In this document: positions 1 to 10,950 of the stretch, one piece after another
Numbering within the stretch: position 1 is the stretch's first letter
How the letters are laid out: each line of letters begins with the position of its first letter
NCBI RefSeq assembly: GCF_030013205.1
Contig: NZ_CP122648.1
DNA length: 64,000 nt
Origin: Escherichia coli
GTDB taxonomy: Bacteria > Pseudomonadota > Gammaproteobacteria > Enterobacterales > Enterobacteriaceae
Strand: one strand, 5' to 3'
Made by a program: the position numbers and the translations under genes
The notes under the pieces: generated by a model
What the model saw: only the letters and a program-made list of their open reading frames with translations
Databases searched by the model: none
Told to the model about the DNA's origin: nothing

Positions 1-571
1 CGGTGACATCACGAGCAGAAACATCGCAGCCGCCAGTGGGCACCACCACATCATTATTGGCGTAAATATTCCACACAAACTGGAAATCATCGCTGTTATA
101 GTTGTTGGTCTGTCGCAAAATAAGCACGGCAATTAATGAGCCAGCTTTAATCACCACCCCGCCCGCACTGCTCACAGGCGTCAAATAAGGCGCCACCGGC
201 CACGGCTTATCCGTTCTCGAATTATAAACAACCCGCGGCGTTTCACTGGTGGTCGGAAATGGATAGCTACTGCCACTATATTTTACGGTCCCGGAAAAAT
301 TAGATAACACGCCGCCATAAGCCGAGCCTCGTTGCAGTGTGACATAATCTGTAATGGTTTCCGGGTAATCGTTATGGCAAAAGATTTGCGTCGAAAGATC
401 CACGACCAGGTTTTGCCCCACATTCACGGCGGGCGCAAGGTTTACATAAACATTGGCGCTGCCACCGCCAATAGGGATAGCGGTGCCATTGGCGGTTTTA
501 CAGGCGAATGACCAGGCATTTACCGACCAGCCCATCAGCAGTACAGCAAACAGGTTAATAACTCGTTTCAT
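1..571 (-). CDS. fimH: FimH type 1 fimbrial adhesin, N-terminal part (3' end lies beyond window start)
   Basis: Reverse-complement translation from ATG at 569-571 gives signal peptide MKRVINLFAVLLMGWSV and later DFQFVWNIYANNDVVVPTGGCDVSARDVT; last gene of fim operon order; no stop before window edge. Confidence 0.9.
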   Translation of the reverse strand, partial: MKRVINLFAVLLMGWSVNAWSFACKTANGTAIPIGGGSANVYVNLAPAVNVGQNLVVDLSTQIFCHNDYPETITDYVTLQRGSAYGGVLSNFSGTVKYSGSSYPFPTTSETPRVVYNSRTDKPWPVAPYLTPVSSAGGVVIKAGSLIAVLILRQTNNYNSDDFQFVWNIYANNDVVVPTGGCDVSARDVT

Positions 572-590
572 TACAATCATCTCTTCGGCT

Positions 591-1094
591 TCAGCTGTAG
601 GTATAGGTGATGCTAATCACTGCCTGAATGGTTCCCTGAGTGGCTCCGCCATTTACCGTCAATGCTCTGACCTGTAACGGGAAGTGCGCTGATTGTGAGG
701 AATCATCCACCTGAACTGTTTTGGTTGCGCCACTATTCAATGTGTTGCCACTGTCATCCTGTAGCTCTAACTGGATGTTTTGCGCGGTCCCCTGGTTTTT
801 ATAATATCCGGTACTGTCGGCTGCCCCGCTGAAGCTGGCAGTGACCCTCGACGTTCCCACCGGACAATTAGTCAACTCAAGCGCAACATCATGCCAGGCC
901 GATGCCGCCCCGGCAGACATCAGACTGAAAGAATAAAGATCGCCGAGATCTACCGTGGCATTGGTGGTGGAAACCGTGCACGGTTTGGCGACGACCTTAC
1001 CGTTCACCGTGATGGTGACATCGGCTGCCTGTATCGTCGCACTTGCGAGCGCCAATATTGCCGCCAATACATACCCACGTTTGCACCATTTCAT
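591..1094 (-). CDS. fimG: FimG minor fimbrial subunit (167 aa)
   Basis: ORF track protein MKWCKRGYVLAAILALASATIQAADVTITVNGKVVAKPCT...; pilin-like signal peptide; position between fimF and fimH. Confidence 0.92.
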   Translation of the reverse strand: MKWCKRGYVLAAILALASATIQAADVTITVNGKVVAKPCTVSTTNATVDLGDLYSFSLMSAGAASAWHDVALELTNCPVGTSRVTASFSGAADSTGYYKNQGTAQNIQLELQDDSGNTLNSGATKTVQVDDSSQSAHFPLQVRALTVNGGATQGTIQAVISITYTYS

Positions 1095-1106
1095 GAGCCT
1101 CTCCAG

Positions 1107-1637
1107 TTACTGATATTCAAGAGTGAAGGTAGCCGTGGCATTGATATGCCCCGCAGTGACAGGCACCTGTGTCGCCATTAGCCGGGCGTAAAAATTCAGC
1201 GTATTTGGTTTACCCGGCGTCAGGGTCGTCCACGAAATCGCGGACGATGGGGCATTAATGGGTATCTGATTTTGTTGCTCATTCAGAAGCTGTATTCCCA
1301 GTCCCGCAACCGCTGACACCGTATTTTCAAGTGCAAGCAGGTTGGCATTGTGGCTATCTGCAACACCGGTAAACCCAACTTTTACGGCAGAAACGGCATT
1401 ACCACAGGGTGACAGCAAAATACGAAATGGAACGACAGGAGTCGTCGCGCCAATGTTGTTAAATTGCTTCGCCGCGTTTTCCATCAGATCAACAGTAAAA
1501 TTGGTTGATTCAGCGGCCACACTACAGCCGTTATCTCTGACATAGCCGCGGATAGTAATCGTGCTATCCGCAGCCAAAGCGTGACTTACCGCCAGCCACA
1601 AAAAAGCGCACAGAAGATAAAAAGGTTTGTTTCTCAT
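1107..1637 (-). CDS. fimF: FimF minor fimbrial subunit (176 aa from second Met)
   Basis: ORF track protein [23 protein letters not shown]...; operon position. Confidence 0.9.
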   Translation of the reverse strand: MRNKPFYLLCAFLWLAVSHALAADSTITIRGYVRDNGCSVAAESTNFTVDLMENAAKQFNNIGATTPVVPFRILLSPCGNAVSAVKVGFTGVADSHNANLLALENTVSAVAGLGIQLLNEQQNQIPINAPSSAISWTTLTPGKPNTLNFYARLMATQVPVTAGHINATATFTLEYQ

Positions 1638-1646
1638 CACGCCCCC

Positions 1647-4283
1647 TTAACGACATTCAGCTGATAGCTGAGTTAATAACTGCTGCTGACTCTCTGGTGG
1701 CAGTTGATAATTGGCGACACAGTGAGCATTTTCCTCTTCTCCCCATTTCACCTGAACTTTTCCCGCTAAAGGCATTCCGCTGAGGTAAACCTGACCATTA
1801 TCCGCAACAATGCCGCTACTCTGGCTACTCTCTGATGTCACCATCGCCCCAAACGGCAGCGGCTTATTATTGTGGGTTAGCGTCATGAGCAGTTTTATCC
1901 CAACGCGCGCTTTAAACTCTGCTCGCACGATCGCCCCACGGGTGGGAACAACGTTAGCGACCGCGTTATCTAAATCGACGTTATCAGCCAGGGTATTGGT
2001 ATCCAGCGCTACTCTGTTCTCCCGATATTCAGTGGCATAAGGCAGCACGGCATAACCGCGCCAGTCGGTACGCACCCCCGTCTGGTTTTCGACTTTTGCA
2101 TCTTTTGCGCCAGGCGCTTTAACAAGCACCACCGTATCGTTTAACGGCTGCCCCAGCGTTACGCCATTGGCATGAGCCAGTACCCCACCGCTGACTCCGT
2201 AATAGAGCTGCTTAATATCATCGCTATGGCTGTAACCGATGTTGGCATTGCCGTAACCACCGCGATAATTCAGCGTGGCGTAGCCTGTACTTCCGCTATT
2301 ACCATCACCTCCCCCGGCGTAACCGGTTTGCACGCTATAGCTGAGGTTGTTGTCTTCCAGCAACGTACCGTATACACCGACCAGATTGGTCATCCGACCG
2401 TTGAGATCGTGTGACATGCTGTAACTGGCACTGGCATGTCGCCACTGAGATTTACTGTCAGAACGCAGCCAGTGGCTGAAAGGAATATTGACGTTAAGCG
2501 CTAACATCTGATCCCGTCCTTTTTGCCAGGCGTTTTTCGTCAGGCTATAGCTGAGCGTCCAGTTGATATCTTCGAATGCAGTATTTAAACCAGCCTGGAA
2601 TTGCTCATCGACATTACTCGTTCCCCAATAAGTTTGATGGCTACCACTCAAATACAGTGTTGATGTGCGCCCGAGTTGCTGAGTAACGGTGAGTTGTAAT
2701 TTCCCGCGTTTGTTATAAGCGAGATTGTAATAGTCGGTGAATTTCGGCTTAACCTGAATAACACCATCCTGTGTTTCGATGTTGTAGCCATTCATTCGAC
2801 TGTATGTTGTATCAGCGAAATTAAAATATCCGCTGGTCGAATAACGGTAACCCACTAACTGAATATTCGTGCCTGATTCATTGAGCGATTTGTTATAGAG
2901 AAAACGCACCGATTGTCCGTCATGCTGACTGTCATCGGGAAGTGTGGAATTAGCCTGCGTCATATCCACAGACAGAGCGCCCAGTGCCCCCATGTTTTTC
3001 CCGATACCGAAATTAAACGCACGATAACGATCCGCCAGTTGCGTTCCACCATATATTGTCCAGCCAGCCGGAAGGCCGTGGAGTAATGTACTCTGGAAAA
3101 AGCGGGGTTTTTCCTGCTGCGCATTTCCACTACGGTATTCTCCTGCCGTAATGGAATAACGAGTATGCCCTTCACGTTGCAAAAGCGGGACTGACGAATA
3201 GGGTACGGTAAAGATCTGCGTGCTGCCGTCAGCCTCTTTAATCGTTACCTGCAAGTCACCACTATTACCTGCGGCATAGATATCGTTGATGGTAAAAGGC
3301 CCCGGCGGCACCGTACTATTATAAATGTCATACCCATTTTGTTTAATAGTGACCTGTGCAGTACCACGAGCAATACCGTGGATCACCGGAGCAAATCCTC
3401 TTTGGCTATCGGGTAACATATTGTCATCTGAGGCCAATTGTGCGCCGCGAAAGTTAATACCATCGAAAATATCGCCCTGGGTATAACCATCACCCAGCGT
3501 CAGCCGGGAACGTAACGGAATTATGTCTCGCTCAAGCCAGGTATTGATATGCTGCCATTTATTTTTGCTACCTGATGAACTGTCGCTACTGTTATAACTC
3601 CAGGTGGTATTGTCGCGTAAACGCCACGCACCAATATTTAACCCACTCTGTAGGTTTAAATATGCATAATGGCTGTTACCCCCAATCCGATTCTGTACAC
3701 TATTTCCGCTGAAATTATAATTGAGCAATCCGGCATTAATACCAGGATCCCATAACTCAGGAGGAATATAACCACGCGCGCGATTACTCATAAATGCCTG
3801 AGGGATCGTCAGGTTGAGTCGCTGCTGACCAACATCCAGATGCGCAGTAGCGTCATGGATCATTGAGGTTAATGGCACGCAGGCATCATCCGCCAGCAGA
3901 TTCATACCGGAGACAGAAGCCGTATTCAGCTCCATACTTGCAAGTTGCGCGCGTGTCAGGCAGGGAACAATCCCTTGTTCACTGTCGCCCGTATTAAATG
4001 TGACATCACGCGTTGCCATATAACCATTATTCAAATAGATATCGACACGATACGTCCCTGGCGGTAATTCTTGCCCATTTTCAAAACGCGATAAATCGGC
4101 CACAGCCTGGGGATCATCCGCTAAAAAGCGCGGATTAAAATAGAGTTCGGCAGATGACAAAGGTGCCTGTGCGGCAAAAGCACAGGCGACAAAGAGCCGG
4201 ACAAAAAAACCAGCCAAACGATGCTTACGAATATGCAAGCATTGTGTGTTTCGCTGGTAAAGTCTTAAATTCAGATATGACAT
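1647..4283 (-). CDS. fimD: FimD outer-membrane fimbrial usher (878 aa)
   Basis: 878-aa ORF MSYLNLRLYQRNTQCLHIRKHRLAGFF...; usher size and position downstream of chaperone gene. Confidence 0.95.
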   Translation of the reverse strand: MSYLNLRLYQRNTQCLHIRKHRLAGFFVRLFVACAFAAQAPLSSAELYFNPRFLADDPQAVADLSRFENGQELPPGTYRVDIYLNNGYMATRDVTFNTGDSEQGIVPCLTRAQLASMELNTASVSGMNLLADDACVPLTSMIHDATAHLDVGQQRLNLTIPQAFMSNRARGYIPPELWDPGINAGLLNYNFSGNSVQNRIGGNSHYAYLNLQSGLNIGAWRLRDNTTWSYNSSDSSSGSKNKWQHINTWLERDIIPLRSRLTLGDGYTQGDIFDGINFRGAQLASDDNMLPDSQRGFAPVIHGIARGTAQVTIKQNGYDIYNSTVPPGPFTINDIYAAGNSGDLQVTIKEADGSTQIFTVPYSSVPLLQREGHTRYSITAGEYRSGNAQQEKPRFFQSTLLHGLPAGWTIYGGTQLADRYRAFNFGIGKNMGALGALSVDMTQANSTLPDDSQHDGQSVRFLYNKSLNESGTNIQLVGYRYSTSGYFNFADTTYSRMNGYNIETQDGVIQVKPKFTDYYNLAYNKRGKLQLTVTQQLGRTSTLYLSGSHQTYWGTSNVDEQFQAGLNTAFEDINWTLSYSLTKNAWQKGRDQMLALNVNIPFSHWLRSDSKSQWRHASASYSMSHDLNGRMTNLVGVYGTLLEDNNLSYSVQTGYAGGGDGNSGSTGYATLNYRGGYGNANIGYSHSDDIKQLYYGVSGGVLAHANGVTLGQPLNDTVVLVKAPGAKDAKVENQTGVRTDWRGYAVLPYATEYRENRVALDTNTLADNVDLDNAVANVVPTRGAIVRAEFKARVGIKLLMTLTHNNKPLPFGAMVTSESSQSSGIVADNGQVYLSGMPLAGKVQVKWGEEENAHCVANYQLPPESQQQLLTQLSAECR

Positions 4284-4349
4284 TATTCCTCCGGTTTAAA
4301 ATCACCCGGCAGTCAATTCTTTTTATTCAGGCGAAAAATTCCCCCTGCG

Positions 4350-5075
4350 TTATTCCATTACGCCCGTCATTTTGGGGGTAAGTGCGCCATAATCATTTAT
4401 TGTTCGGTAAGTAATATTGCTTCCTGCATCAGAAGGCAATTTAACCGTGCTTTCGCCCATTGGAGGCACCAATGCATTTTCAAGAACCCGGGTTCCGGCA
4501 TTCAACTCTGTTACCGTCAGGTAATAGGGTGTCGGGTTAATCAGAGTCAGAGAATTCGCGCTACGACGAAATCTTAATTTTTCTGCGGCCTGATCGGGTG
4601 GCAACGCTAATTTAGCCGGGCGATAGTACAGTTTAATGCGGCTGATAATTGCGAGCTGTAGCGTATTCTCAGTCAATTTTGATTTATCCATTGACGGAAT
4701 CGCTTTAACGTTCATCCAGAATAAACTTTCCCGATCCTGTGGCAATTGGTTATTTGTTGCATCAAGAATACGTAAGGTATTCTCTTTTTTTCCCTTCATC
4801 GCAAACAGAGGTGGCGTCACGATAAAACGACCATCCTTTACACCATCGGCATTTTCCACCCATGATTGAATTAAATAGGTGCTATTTTCATCATTATTTG
4901 TCACGGCAAGTTGCACTTGTTTTTGCCCTGCCGGATAAATTACGCGAGTCGCACCTAAGGCCACTCCCGCTTCGGCGCGTCCGGCAACCATCATTGCCAT
5001 GAACATCAGGATACCTGCCAGCAAGCAGAATGTTATTTCCTGCGATTTCCTTACATTGACGTTTTTATTACTCAC
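4350..5075 (-). CDS. fimC: FimC periplasmic fimbrial chaperone (241 aa)
   Basis: ORF MSNKNVNVRKSQEITFCLLAGILMFMAMMVAGRAEAGVALGATRVIYPAGQKQVQLAVTNN...; PapD-like chaperone. Confidence 0.95.
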   Translation of the reverse strand: MSNKNVNVRKSQEITFCLLAGILMFMAMMVAGRAEAGVALGATRVIYPAGQKQVQLAVTNNDENSTYLIQSWVENADGVKDGRFIVTPPLFAMKGKKENTLRILDATNNQLPQDRESLFWMNVKAIPSMDKSKLTENTLQLAIISRIKLYYRPAKLALPPDQAAEKLRFRRSANSLTLINPTPYYLTVTELNAGTRVLENALVPPMGESTVKLPSDAGSNITYRTINDYGALTPKMTGVME

Positions 5076-5111
5076 TGTCCTGTTCCTGTTATCACATTAT
5101 CTGCTGAACAA

Positions 5112-5651
5112 TTACTGATAGGTTAAAGAGAACCAGGCCTGGGCATTGGCGATGCCGCCAGTAACCCGACGCCCGGTAGCACGATATTTGGCGATGAAAT
5201 GTAGCGAAGTAGAGCCTGAGTAAAGCCGTTTCCAGTTTGCTGGAGGACGATTAATCGGTACGAGGTTTCCTTCATCATCAAACAACGCTACGCCAATATT
5301 GGTGGCTATCCCTGGCCCCTCTCCCACGGAAAGCACATCTGGATTTTTACCATCCGCGACACCGTGAAACGCCACACCCACACGTTCACTCACCACCGTG
5401 CTACATTCCCGTAAATGAATAACAAAAGGCACCGGTGCGCTATCTTCCCCTACCGCATGAAACCGGTTACTGCTGATTTGCCCCATATTGACTGTCATTT
5501 GTTTATCACCGGCTTCAATCCGGCAAGTTTCCGCAATAATGACGCCCTGAAATTGCATATTTCCGCCGGGCAGCGTGGTGTTCCATTTATTTCCGGCCAG
5601 AGCAAACATTGGCAGCAACGACGCTAATAGAAATAATCTCTTCCTTTTCAT
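5112..5651 (-). CDS. fimI: FimI fimbrial protein (179 aa from Met-45 of the track ORF)
   Basis: Track ORF 5112-5783 contains [20 protein letters not shown]...; the upstream extension would overlap fimA, so the internal Met is taken as start. Confidence 0.8.
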
Positions 5652-5715
5652 CGTTATTTTTATCGCACAAGGGTGGGCATCCCTGCCCGTAATGACGTCC
5701 CTGAACCTGGGTAGG

Positions 5716-6270
5716 TTATTGATACTGAACCTTGAAGGTCGCATCCGCATTAGCAGCACCCGGGGTTGCCTCGCCGATTGCATAATAACGCGCCTGGAAC
5801 GGAATGGTGTTGGTACCGTTATTCAGGGTTGTTTGTGCACTAAATGTCGCACCGTCCAGCGTCAGCTCATTTCCTGTTCTGTCCAGTATCTGCACACCAA
5901 CATTTGTTGCGCTACCCGCAGCTGAACTCTGCAGAGCCAGTACTTTAGGATGAGCACTGTCAATCGCAGTCCCCAAGAAGGCAACAGCGGCTTTTGTGGC
6001 AACACTGGTATCGCAATCATTCAGCTGAATGTTAAAACCGACAGCAGAGCTGGTTGCTCCAGTCTGCTTCAGACTAGCGGTACGAACCTGGCCCAACTGA
6101 ACGGTTTGATCAACAGAGCCTGCATCAACTGCGCAAGCGGCGTTAACAACTTCCCCTTTAAAGTGAACGGTCCCACCATTTACCGTCGTGGGTGTAGTTT
6201 CAGCCAGAGCCGCTGTAGAACTCAGGGACAGAGCCGACAGAACAACAATTGCCAGAGTTTTAATTTTCAT
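5716..6270 (-). CDS. fimA: FimA major type 1 fimbrial subunit (184 aa; allele appears to differ from the K-12 sequence as recalled)
   Basis: [26 protein letters not shown]...[10 protein letters not shown]; major pilin signal peptide and C-terminal motif; first gene downstream of fimS. Confidence 0.93.
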
Positions 6271-6389
6271 ACTGCTTTCCTTTCAAAAAACTATTTCTAA
6301 ATCGACATGGGCAGTCGTTCCGTACACTTTGTTTTGTCAACGAGTTTGACTGCCAACACTGCACAGTTTCCCCCCAAAAGATGAAACAT

Positions 6390-6704
6390 TTGGGGCCATT
6401 TTGACTCATAGAGGAAAGCATCGCGCACAAACTTTTTCAGTTTATTTGTTGACTTTATATTCTATTGTTATCTTTATTTATAGATTTTTATATTGCATGA
6501 GGTGGTTTTTGGAGAGAAGAATGAGGAAGTTGCTTCGAGACACAGAAACGTTAGCTTTACATTTAGCGGAGGTGATGTGAAATTAATTTACAAGAGAAAT
6601 GATTTACATATCAAACAGTTAGATGCTTTTTGTCGTTTTATAATATTTTTATGCTTGAGAAAAAATACGTAACTTATTTATGATATGGACAGTTTTGGCC
6701 CCAA
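6390..6704. promoter_or_regulatory. fimS: fimS invertible phase-variation switch flanked by 9-bp inverted repeats TTGGGGCCA (6390-6398) and TGGCCCCAA (6696-6704)
   Basis: Perfect 9-bp inverted repeats about 300 bp apart between fimE and fimA; AT-rich interior. Confidence 0.9.
6655..6685 (+). promoter_or_regulatory. Sigma70-type fimA promoter inside fimS (TTGAGA, 17-18 bp spacer, TATGATA), here pointing toward fimE
   Basis: -35 TTGAGA at 6655-6660 and -10 TATGATA at 6679-6685 on the plus strand, a few bp inside the fimE-proximal inverted repeat. Confidence 0.6.
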
Positions 6705-6751
6705 TTGTCTTGTATTTATTTGTTTTTTACCTTTACTATCAATAAGTTAAA

Positions 6752-7348
6752 TTAAACCTCTTCTCTTTTTAATTTTTCGTTTATAAGATTATTTCTTTCC
6801 CATAATCCGGCAAAACGAGCAGCATTACTGGCGGTATAACGCACAGTATGGCGAATATTTCGATGCCCGAGATAATCCTGAATTAAACGGGTATCTGCAC
6901 CACGCTCCGCCAGTTCATAACCGCAAGCATGCCTTAACATATGAGGATGAGTCTGCGTTACGGTTCCAGCTTCAATACCGGCATCGCGAATAATGCGATA
7001 GGCCTGCTGGCGAGAAAGCCGACTCCCGCGGCGAGAAATAAATATAGCGTCGGTCCGGTCAGCGCCTTTCCAGTTAGCACGTTCCTGGGTCCAGCGTTCC
7101 ACGGCTTCACGCTCATCAAAACGTAACGGGTGAACGGTAGAAAATCCGTTCTTCAGTCGGCGAATATTTATTCGACCTTCATTAAGGTCAAGGTCCTGAT
7201 AATGCAGATCAAGCAGTTCACTAATACGCATCCCATGCCGATATGCCAACAGAATAAGACAATAATCTCTGGCTCCCGTTGCCCCGTAACAAACCGCCTG
7301 CATCATGGCCTGAACTTCTTTACCGGTAAGATAACGACGTTTACTCAC
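6752..7348 (-). CDS. fimE: FimE tyrosine recombinase (198 aa), ON-to-OFF switching
   Basis: ORF MSKRRYLTGKEVQAMMQAVCYGATGARDYCLILLAYRHGMRISELL...HPHMLRHACGYELAERGADTRLIQDYLGHRNIRHTVRYT. Confidence 0.95.
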   Translation of the reverse strand: MSKRRYLTGKEVQAMMQAVCYGATGARDYCLILLAYRHGMRISELLDLHYQDLDLNEGRINIRRLKNGFSTVHPLRFDEREAVERWTQERANWKGADRTDAIFISRRGSRLSRQQAYRIIRDAGIEAGTVTQTHPHMLRHACGYELAERGADTRLIQDYLGHRNIRHTVRYTASNAARFAGLWERNNLINEKLKREEV

Positions 7349-7824
7349 AATAGTAGTACTCCTGACTGAGATATATTTGAATGAATACCTATAGGAAACC
7401 TCAATCGGTCAAAATTAGCCCAATAGATAAAAAGATAACCACACACGAAGTGATGTGGCTATCAGTCAATTACATTAAATATCATACAAAAATAAAATAT
7501 CACTGATGTGATAACATCTATTTTCATTGATTTGATTCAATATAACAATAGATTGCAGTGGATTAACTTCCAGTTGCTTAAAAAATAAAGAAAAAATGTG
7601 AAAACAGATGAATTTAAGTGATGTGTAAATTTATGAATGATTTTGTTTATTTATTTTGAAGAACATAAACCATTGTATTTTGTATGGATATGGTTAACTT
7701 AATGTTTATTATTATAATTAAGAATCACACTTACAATAACATCAATTAATAAATGGTTAATCATTTTTGATATATCGTAAGAATAATGTAGTTTTTAACA
7801 CCATCCCTGGTATCTCAACTATCT

Positions 7825-8427
7825 CTATAAAACAGCGTGACGCTGTCGTCCTCTGGCCCTATCCCAGATGCCGTAAAAACGCCCTGCATTGCTGGCGGTA
7901 TACCAGACAGTATGACGAATATTGCGATGCCCAAGATAATCCTGGATAAGTCGCGTATCTATTCCCATATTCGCCAAAGCAAAACCACACGAATGGCGTA
8001 ACATGTGCGGATGAATCTCCAGTGACAACCCGGCATTACCACCGGAAGTCGAGATAATATGGTAAAACTGTTGCCGAGAAAGCGGATTCCCCTTACGCGA
8101 TAAAAATACCCATTCGCTCTCAGCATGCGGGTACGAAGTACGGATACTCAACCAGTTTTTTAAAGCCTGAACTTCTTTGTTCAATAGCGGGTGCGTTGTT
8201 GAAAAGCCTTTTTTTAATCGATGGATATAGATACACTTTGCCTTAAGATCAATATCCGAAATCCTCAATCGACAAATTTCACTCGCCCGGAAACCATGAA
8301 TAAAACAAAGCAAAGTCAGACAATAATTACGTGCTGCATGAGGCCCGGTATTTGCTGCTTTAAGGAGTGATTCGATTTCACTATGGGTCAGGAAGTTCCT
8401 TTTTTTGTTATCAGCCTTATTCTTCAT
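7825..8427 (-). CDS. fimB: FimB tyrosine recombinase (200 aa)
   Basis: ORF MKNKADNKKRNFLTHSEIESLLKAANTGPHAARNYCLTLLCFIHGFRASEICRL...; paralog of fimE upstream of it. Confidence 0.95.
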   Translation of the reverse strand: MKNKADNKKRNFLTHSEIESLLKAANTGPHAARNYCLTLLCFIHGFRASEICRLRISDIDLKAKCIYIHRLKKGFSTTHPLLNKEVQALKNWLSIRTSYPHAESEWVFLSRKGNPLSRQQFYHIISTSGGNAGLSLEIHPHMLRHSCGFALANMGIDTRLIQDYLGHRNIRHTVWYTASNAGRFYGIWDRARGRQRHAVL

Positions 8428-9440
8428 CGTTTTCCCTTATAATTACAGACGCGCACTAGCTGTGCTGGGTTAGCAATAATCCAACATTTTAATCCTGATT
8501 ATGTTTATAAAAGCGAACGTTTGCTTAATAACTAACGTAAGTGGACCAGTTCTTCTGAGTGAACTTAAATGGAGTAGCGATAGTTACTTATAATAACTTT
8601 GCCATACAAACGCCATGCTCTTGCATGCTATGTACCTTTATATATTTATAAATCTGATACGAATCGAATAATAACCCTCATCATTAATGCAACTAATCTT
8701 ATCTATATATCATGTGATATGTTCTGTAACAAGTAAAATCAACATAAAAAATTCAGCAAAATTTAATATTCGTTCAACTAGCCGTCTCACATATGACATT
8801 ATTAGTCAACTGCATTTGCCACAAAATGGCTATTTCATGGAACGCAGTAATTTCTTAGTGGCTATTATCATGCTAATTCTTAGATCCCTAGCGATTATTC
8901 CTGCCTGGTTCGTCAGCTTAGGCCATGAGATTGTTACATTCCCTTTTATCCTGGAGATATGGGGGAACGCAGGCGACGCTTTTTCATCTACATCCGTTGG
9001 TAACTATGGCTTTGGTCACTACGACTTAAACCTTCCTCAATCACAGCTATTCGCCGGGCGATACGGCAAACAAACTAAGTGAAACATCATCCTGAAAACA
9101 CCAACATCAACAAGCCTCTCCAGATCGACATCAGGAGTGACCAGTTACAAGCCACAAACCAAGAAACATATTTCATGATGAGAATTATACTCAGCCTGAT
9201 GGCGGGTAAACACTTATTTTCACCAAGCTCACTGAGTTAGCTTGCAAAGCTTTCTTTGTTTAGATTCTAAATAAATTATTTACAAAACAGATTGTTAAAA
9301 GAAAACCTTTAGTTTTTGAAGACCAATGCAAGTGTTCGTCTGGCTTCACATGGCATCTGCTTCTTAGGAAAAGATCGACATATTTTGTGACACGAATTGC
9401 AAATCTGGTTTTGTTGTATGGATTGCGTGATTTTTGATCT

Positions 9441-9460
9441 GGTATAACAGGTATAAAGGT
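9441..9460. promoter_or_regulatory. Nan box (GGTATA direct repeats), putative NanR operator in the fimB-nanC intergenic region
   Basis: GGTATAACAGGTATAAAGGT at 9441-9460, matching the GGTATA-repeat operator type of sialic-acid regulated promoters. Confidence 0.6.
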
Positions 9461-9721
9461 GCACCGCGATAGTCAATGAGACTGGGCATCTCGTAATCTA
9501 TGGCAAACATCACTTCAGTTCTTTCTCATCGGGTGATGAAAACGCACTTCAGTCTGAAAGGAATATGAAAATGAGATCAACAGACACTCTATTTTATGAC
9601 TCTGGGTAAAATGGATTGAGTAAGCGATATTAGACTGGCCCCCTGAATCTCCAGACAACCAGTATCACTTAAATAAGTGATAGTCTTAATACTAGTTTTT
9701 AGACTAGTCATTGGAGAACAG

Positions 9722-10087
9722 ATGATTGATGTCTTAGGGCCGGAGAAACGCAGACGGCGTACCACACAGGAAAAGATCGCAATTGTTCAGCAGAGCTTTG
9801 AACCGGGGATGACGGTCTCCCTCGTTGCCCGGCAACATGGTGTAGCAGCCAGCCAGTTATTTCTCTGGCGTAAGCAATACCAGGAAGGAAGTCTTACTGC
9901 TGTCGCCGCCGGAGAACAGGTTGTTCCTGCCTCTGAACTTGCTGCCGCCATGAAGCAGATTAAAGAACTCCAGCGCCTGCTCGGCAAGAAAACGATGGAA
10001 AATGAACTCCTCAAAGAAGCCGTTGAATATGGACGGGCAAAAAAGTGGATAGCGCACGCGCCCTTATTGCCCGGGGATGGGGAGTAA
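9722..10087 (+). CDS. insC: IS2 transposase OrfA (InsC)
   Basis: [56 protein letters not shown]... Confidence 0.9.
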
Positions 10088-10950
10088 GCTTAGTCAGCCG
10101 TTGTCTCCGGGTGTCGCGTGCGCAGTTGCACGTCATTCTCAGACGAACCGATGACTGGATGGATGGCCGCCGCAGTCGTCACACTGATGATACGGATGTG
10201 CTTCTCCGTATACACCATGTTATCGGAGAGCTGCCCACGTATGGTTATCGTCGGGTATGGGCGCTGCTTCGCAGACAGGCAGAACTTGATGGTATGCCTG
10301 CGATCAATGCCAAACGTGTTTACCGGATCATGCGCCAGAATGCGCTGTTGCTTGAGCGAAAACCTGCTGTACCGCCATCGAAACGGGCACATACAGGCAG
10401 AGTGGCCGTGAAAGAAAGCAATCAGCGATGGTGCTCTGACGGGTTCGAGTTCTGCTGTGATAACGGAGAGAGACTGCGTGTCACGTTCGCGCTGGACTGC
10501 TGTGATCGTGAGGCACTGCACTGGGCGGTGACTACCGGCGGCTTCAACAGTGAAACAGTACAGGACGTCATGCTGGGAGCGGTGGAACGCCGCTTCGGCA
10601 ACGATCTTCCGTCGTCTCCAGTGGAGTGGCTGACGGATAATGGTTCATGCTACCGGGCTAATGAAACACGCCAGTTCGCCCGGATGTTGGGACTTGAACC
10701 GAAGAACACGGCGGTGCGGAGTCCGGAGAGTAACGGAATAGCAGAGAGCTTCGTGAAAACGATAAAGCGTGACTACATCAGTATCATGCCCAAACCAGAC
10801 GGGTTAACGGCAGCAAAGAACCTTGCAGAGGCGTTCGAGCATTATAACGAATGGCATCCGCATAGTGCGCTGGGTTATCGCTCGCCACGGGAATATCTGC
10901 GGCAGCGGGCCTGTAATGGGTTAAGTGATAACAGATGTCTGGAAATATAG
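10045..10950 (+). CDS. insD: IS2 transposase OrfB (InsD), 301 aa, overlapping orfA as in the IS3 family
   Basis: [37 protein letters not shown]...DNRCLEI with DDE-type region. Confidence 0.9.

Noticed and set aside
8687-9082. 131-aa plus-strand ORF upstream of fimB
   Set aside because: AT-rich regulatory DNA of the fimB-nanC intergenic region; no RBS and a low-complexity, hydrophobic product; most likely a chance ORF.
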